DNA of 53,563 bases, from assembly GCA_008369845.1 (NCBI GenBank), contig MRSU01011077.1, forward strand, positions 1 through 53,563. The letters run 5' to 3'. The position numbers and the translations under genes were made by a program. The stretch is from Trichomonas gallinae. Its lineage: Eukaryota. Each line of letters starts with the position of its first letter. The stretch's first letter is position 1. Below the pieces are notes generated by a model. That model did no database searches and was not told the origin of the DNA. It saw only the letters and a list, made by a program, of their open reading frames with translations. Below are positions 51,518 to 53,563 of the stretch, one piece after another.

Positions 51518-53332
51518 TTATTTAACGAGAATCCGCGATAACAACACTTTTCTGCGGACAGCGTTCGTGAAACCTTCATTATACGAATACTTAATATCTC
51601 CATTGTTCCTCTGTGTCTGTGTTTCCTGTGTTTGAGTGAGATCCATTTCTTCACCCCAAAAGTTTCTTATTGGATCCTTTTTTGTGACTTTTCCGAGTCT
51701 ATCCTGGATTCTGTTTCCTGTCATCGTCATCTCCTTGAGCAGGGAGCCCTCAGACTCCAATTCGTTCTGTATGCACTCCCTAAACTTGTTGAGCGACGTG
51801 ACAGAAAACTGACCTAGTCCAAGCAAAAGATCTATATCAGGCACAGAGTGATAATGGCCGAAATTTCCTTTCTTGTATGACAGTTTTATCGCTTTGTGGA
51901 AGCTCGCTATCCTGCTCCTCAGCAGCTCTCCTTGTCTTCCTATGATAAAGTTGATCATATCTTGAGGCGGGCACAAGTAACTTCTCACAATATCAGCGTT
52001 CAATCTGAATGGTGGATTCTTTAGAAGAGAGTTTTGCGTCTGCTTCATCGAGCCTTCGTAGCCAAGCGATGAGGATGGGAATGCAATGTTCCTTCCAACA
52101 GTGGCAACGCCGCAGAGCTTGGAGCATGATGCCAAGCCAATGTTGCTGGCCTCGCTTTCGCCGATTATATCCACGTAACATAAATTGTCGAGCATCTCAA
52201 TTAAGCGTGTTTTCGTTGGATCCGCGTTCTTGAAATTCTCTATGTTCTCGAGGATGCCAGTCGCAATGAGTCTGTTGTTGCCGAATATCTCAACTTGGTC
52301 GAGACATTCTTTGAAAGATTTGTTGCTTGTGAATAAAGTTGTCCAGACATCGAAAGGTGAAAGAGAGGAGTTCTTGAGGCCAACAGGTATTAAATGGACT
52401 GTGTCTGCTGTGATTGGCTGCTTCGTTCTGAGGAAACTGAGAGTGTTTAAAGCTGTTCGCATATCATATTGTGCTGTTTCTGCAATTTCGTTGATAGCTG
52501 ATGATGAAATGTCTATTTTTTCGCGTTTGCATATGTATCTGATCCTGTCTTTAAATACTGTTGGGTTTGGAGGCGGGATTTTAATAAATGTTGCTATAGA
52601 TCTGATATTTTTGAGAGATTGAGCATATCCATCATTTACAATTATAACAACAGGACGACTCGTATTACCAGTAATTGCTTTTAAGACAGTTTCATTGATT
52701 GTTCCAATACCATCGAGTTCTTCAAAGACAAGTAGTGGTTTCGTTTTGGCACCGAAAACCGGCTGGAAGTCAAGTTGATTTTGCAGTAAAATTTGGTTCC
52801 TGTCTACAGAAACATCATCAGATGCATTCATTTCTACAGTATGAAAGCCGCAATGCCTTGCGACAATGCGAATAAGCGTAGTTTTTCCGCAGCCTGGTGG
52901 GCCAGCAAGAAGTAAAATATGAGAATGCTGTATAACTGGCTGCTCAAATTTCACGTTTTTCTGTAAATCTGCTAATTTCTTGACTTTTTTGACTTTATGT
53001 TCATCTTTATGCGAATTCTGAAAGTGTCGCATCCAATCGAGCACGAGTCTGTTACTTTTTTCGTCTGAAAGAAGATCTGTGTACATTTTCGGTGTATATT
53101 CGTTGATTAGGTTTCTTTCTGATATATGTAGCTCCTCAAGTGGTGTAAATGTTGGTAATTCCGGAATTTTCATGTCTATTTTTTCGAATCTTTCTATATA
53201 TTTTGGAAAACACTCGTATTTTGGAATGGAAATGCGCTCACCGCTAAATGTAGTTAATGGGACAGCCCTCACAGAGTATGAATTCGAGACTTCTGTTTTT
53301 TCGATGGTGTCCACAAATGGATCCTTATCCAT
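51518..53332 (-). CDS. CTF18: Chromosome transmission fidelity protein 18 (RFC-like AAA+ ATPase)
   Basis: YTPKMYTDLLSDEKSNRLVLDWM, GPPGCGKTT, EMNASDD, DMRTALNTL and the diagnostic C-terminal YNEGFTNAVRRKV. Confidence 0.94.
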   Translation of the reverse strand: MDKDPFVDTIEKTEVSNSYSVRAVPLTTFSGERISIPKYECFPKYIERFEKIDMKIPELPTFTPLEELHISERNLINEYTPKMYTDLLSDEKSNRLVLDWMRHFQNSHKDEHKVKKVKKLADLQKNVKFEQPVIQHSHILLLAGPPGCGKTTLIRIVARHCGFHTVEMNASDDVSVDRNQILLQNQLDFQPVFGAKTKPLLVFEELDGIGTINETVLKAITGNTSRPVVIIVNDGYAQSLKNIRSIATFIKIPPPNPTVFKDRIRYICKREKIDISSSAINEIAETAQYDMRTALNTLSFLRTKQPITADTVHLIPVGLKNSSLSPFDVWTTLFTSNKSFKECLDQVEIFGNNRLIATGILENIENFKNADPTKTRLIEMLDNLCYVDIIGESEASNIGLASCSKLCGVATVGRNIAFPSSSLGYEGSMKQTQNSLLKNPPFRLNADIVRSYLCPPQDMINFIIGRQGELLRSRIASFHKAIKLSYKKGNFGHYHSVPDIDLLLGLGQFSVTSLNKFRECIQNELESEGSLLKEMTMTGNRIQDRLGKVTKKDPIRNFWGEEMDLTQTQETQTQRNNGDIKYSYNEGFTNAVRRKVLLSRILVK

Positions 53333-53563
53333 CGGTTTAAAATTAAAAATTTTTAAATTTCAAATTTGACTTTAGATATATGCTCATTAAGTATATACTT
53401 TCACTTTTTGCATAATAAATACTGTGTTTTCTCATGATTTTTCAGTCAAAATTCGTGATTTTTAGTATTTAATATTGTATTCCAATTTCATACATATATA
53501 GTTTCACTTTTTGTTATATAACTATACCTTTTTTTCGTGTTATAAAAATTGAAAAATGAGAAT

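Noticed and set aside
52715..52735. CTF18 Walker B reads LVFEELDG rather than DEIDG
   Set aside because: Conservative D-to-E change with the other AAA+ motifs intact; not enough to call it inactive.
53556..53563. Possible ATG of the next plus-strand gene
   Set aside because: Only 8 nt remain in the window; cannot be supported.

Overview
Gene-dense, AT-rich, apparently intron-free eukaryotic DNA with trichomonad (parabasalid) hallmarks: TCA(C/T)T initiators and AAAGTGAC elements just upstream of ATGs, and TAAA signals fused to stop codons. The source is most likely Trichomonas vaginalis or a close relative (inference). About 30 protein genes are present. Recognisable ones are the RPS8 3' end, a Rab GTPase, a single-pass surface protein, a FAM184-like coiled coil, an importin-beta-like protein, NAA35/MAK10, Raptor, RBBP5/SWD1, two NTF2-fold proteins, MIF, a HAD phosphatase, a GH99-like protein, two bromodomain proteins, a metallophosphoesterase, a pseudokinase, UTP11 and CTF18; there is also one tRNA-Gly(GCC). 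The most unusual signals are: (1) an 11-bp motif TGNCATGTAAA repeated about 18 times, almost only in gene-upstream regions and often paired or palindromic; (2) a gene whose frame and signal peptide start at ATT rather than ATG; (3) a 184-bp MITE-like insertion with TIRs, a target-site duplication and a perfect 22-bp internal palindrome containing a Pol III B-box; (4) a GIGYF-like scaffold with no GYF domain but with UIMs and QFGFNP repeats. All family calls come from motif recognition by eye; no searches were run.
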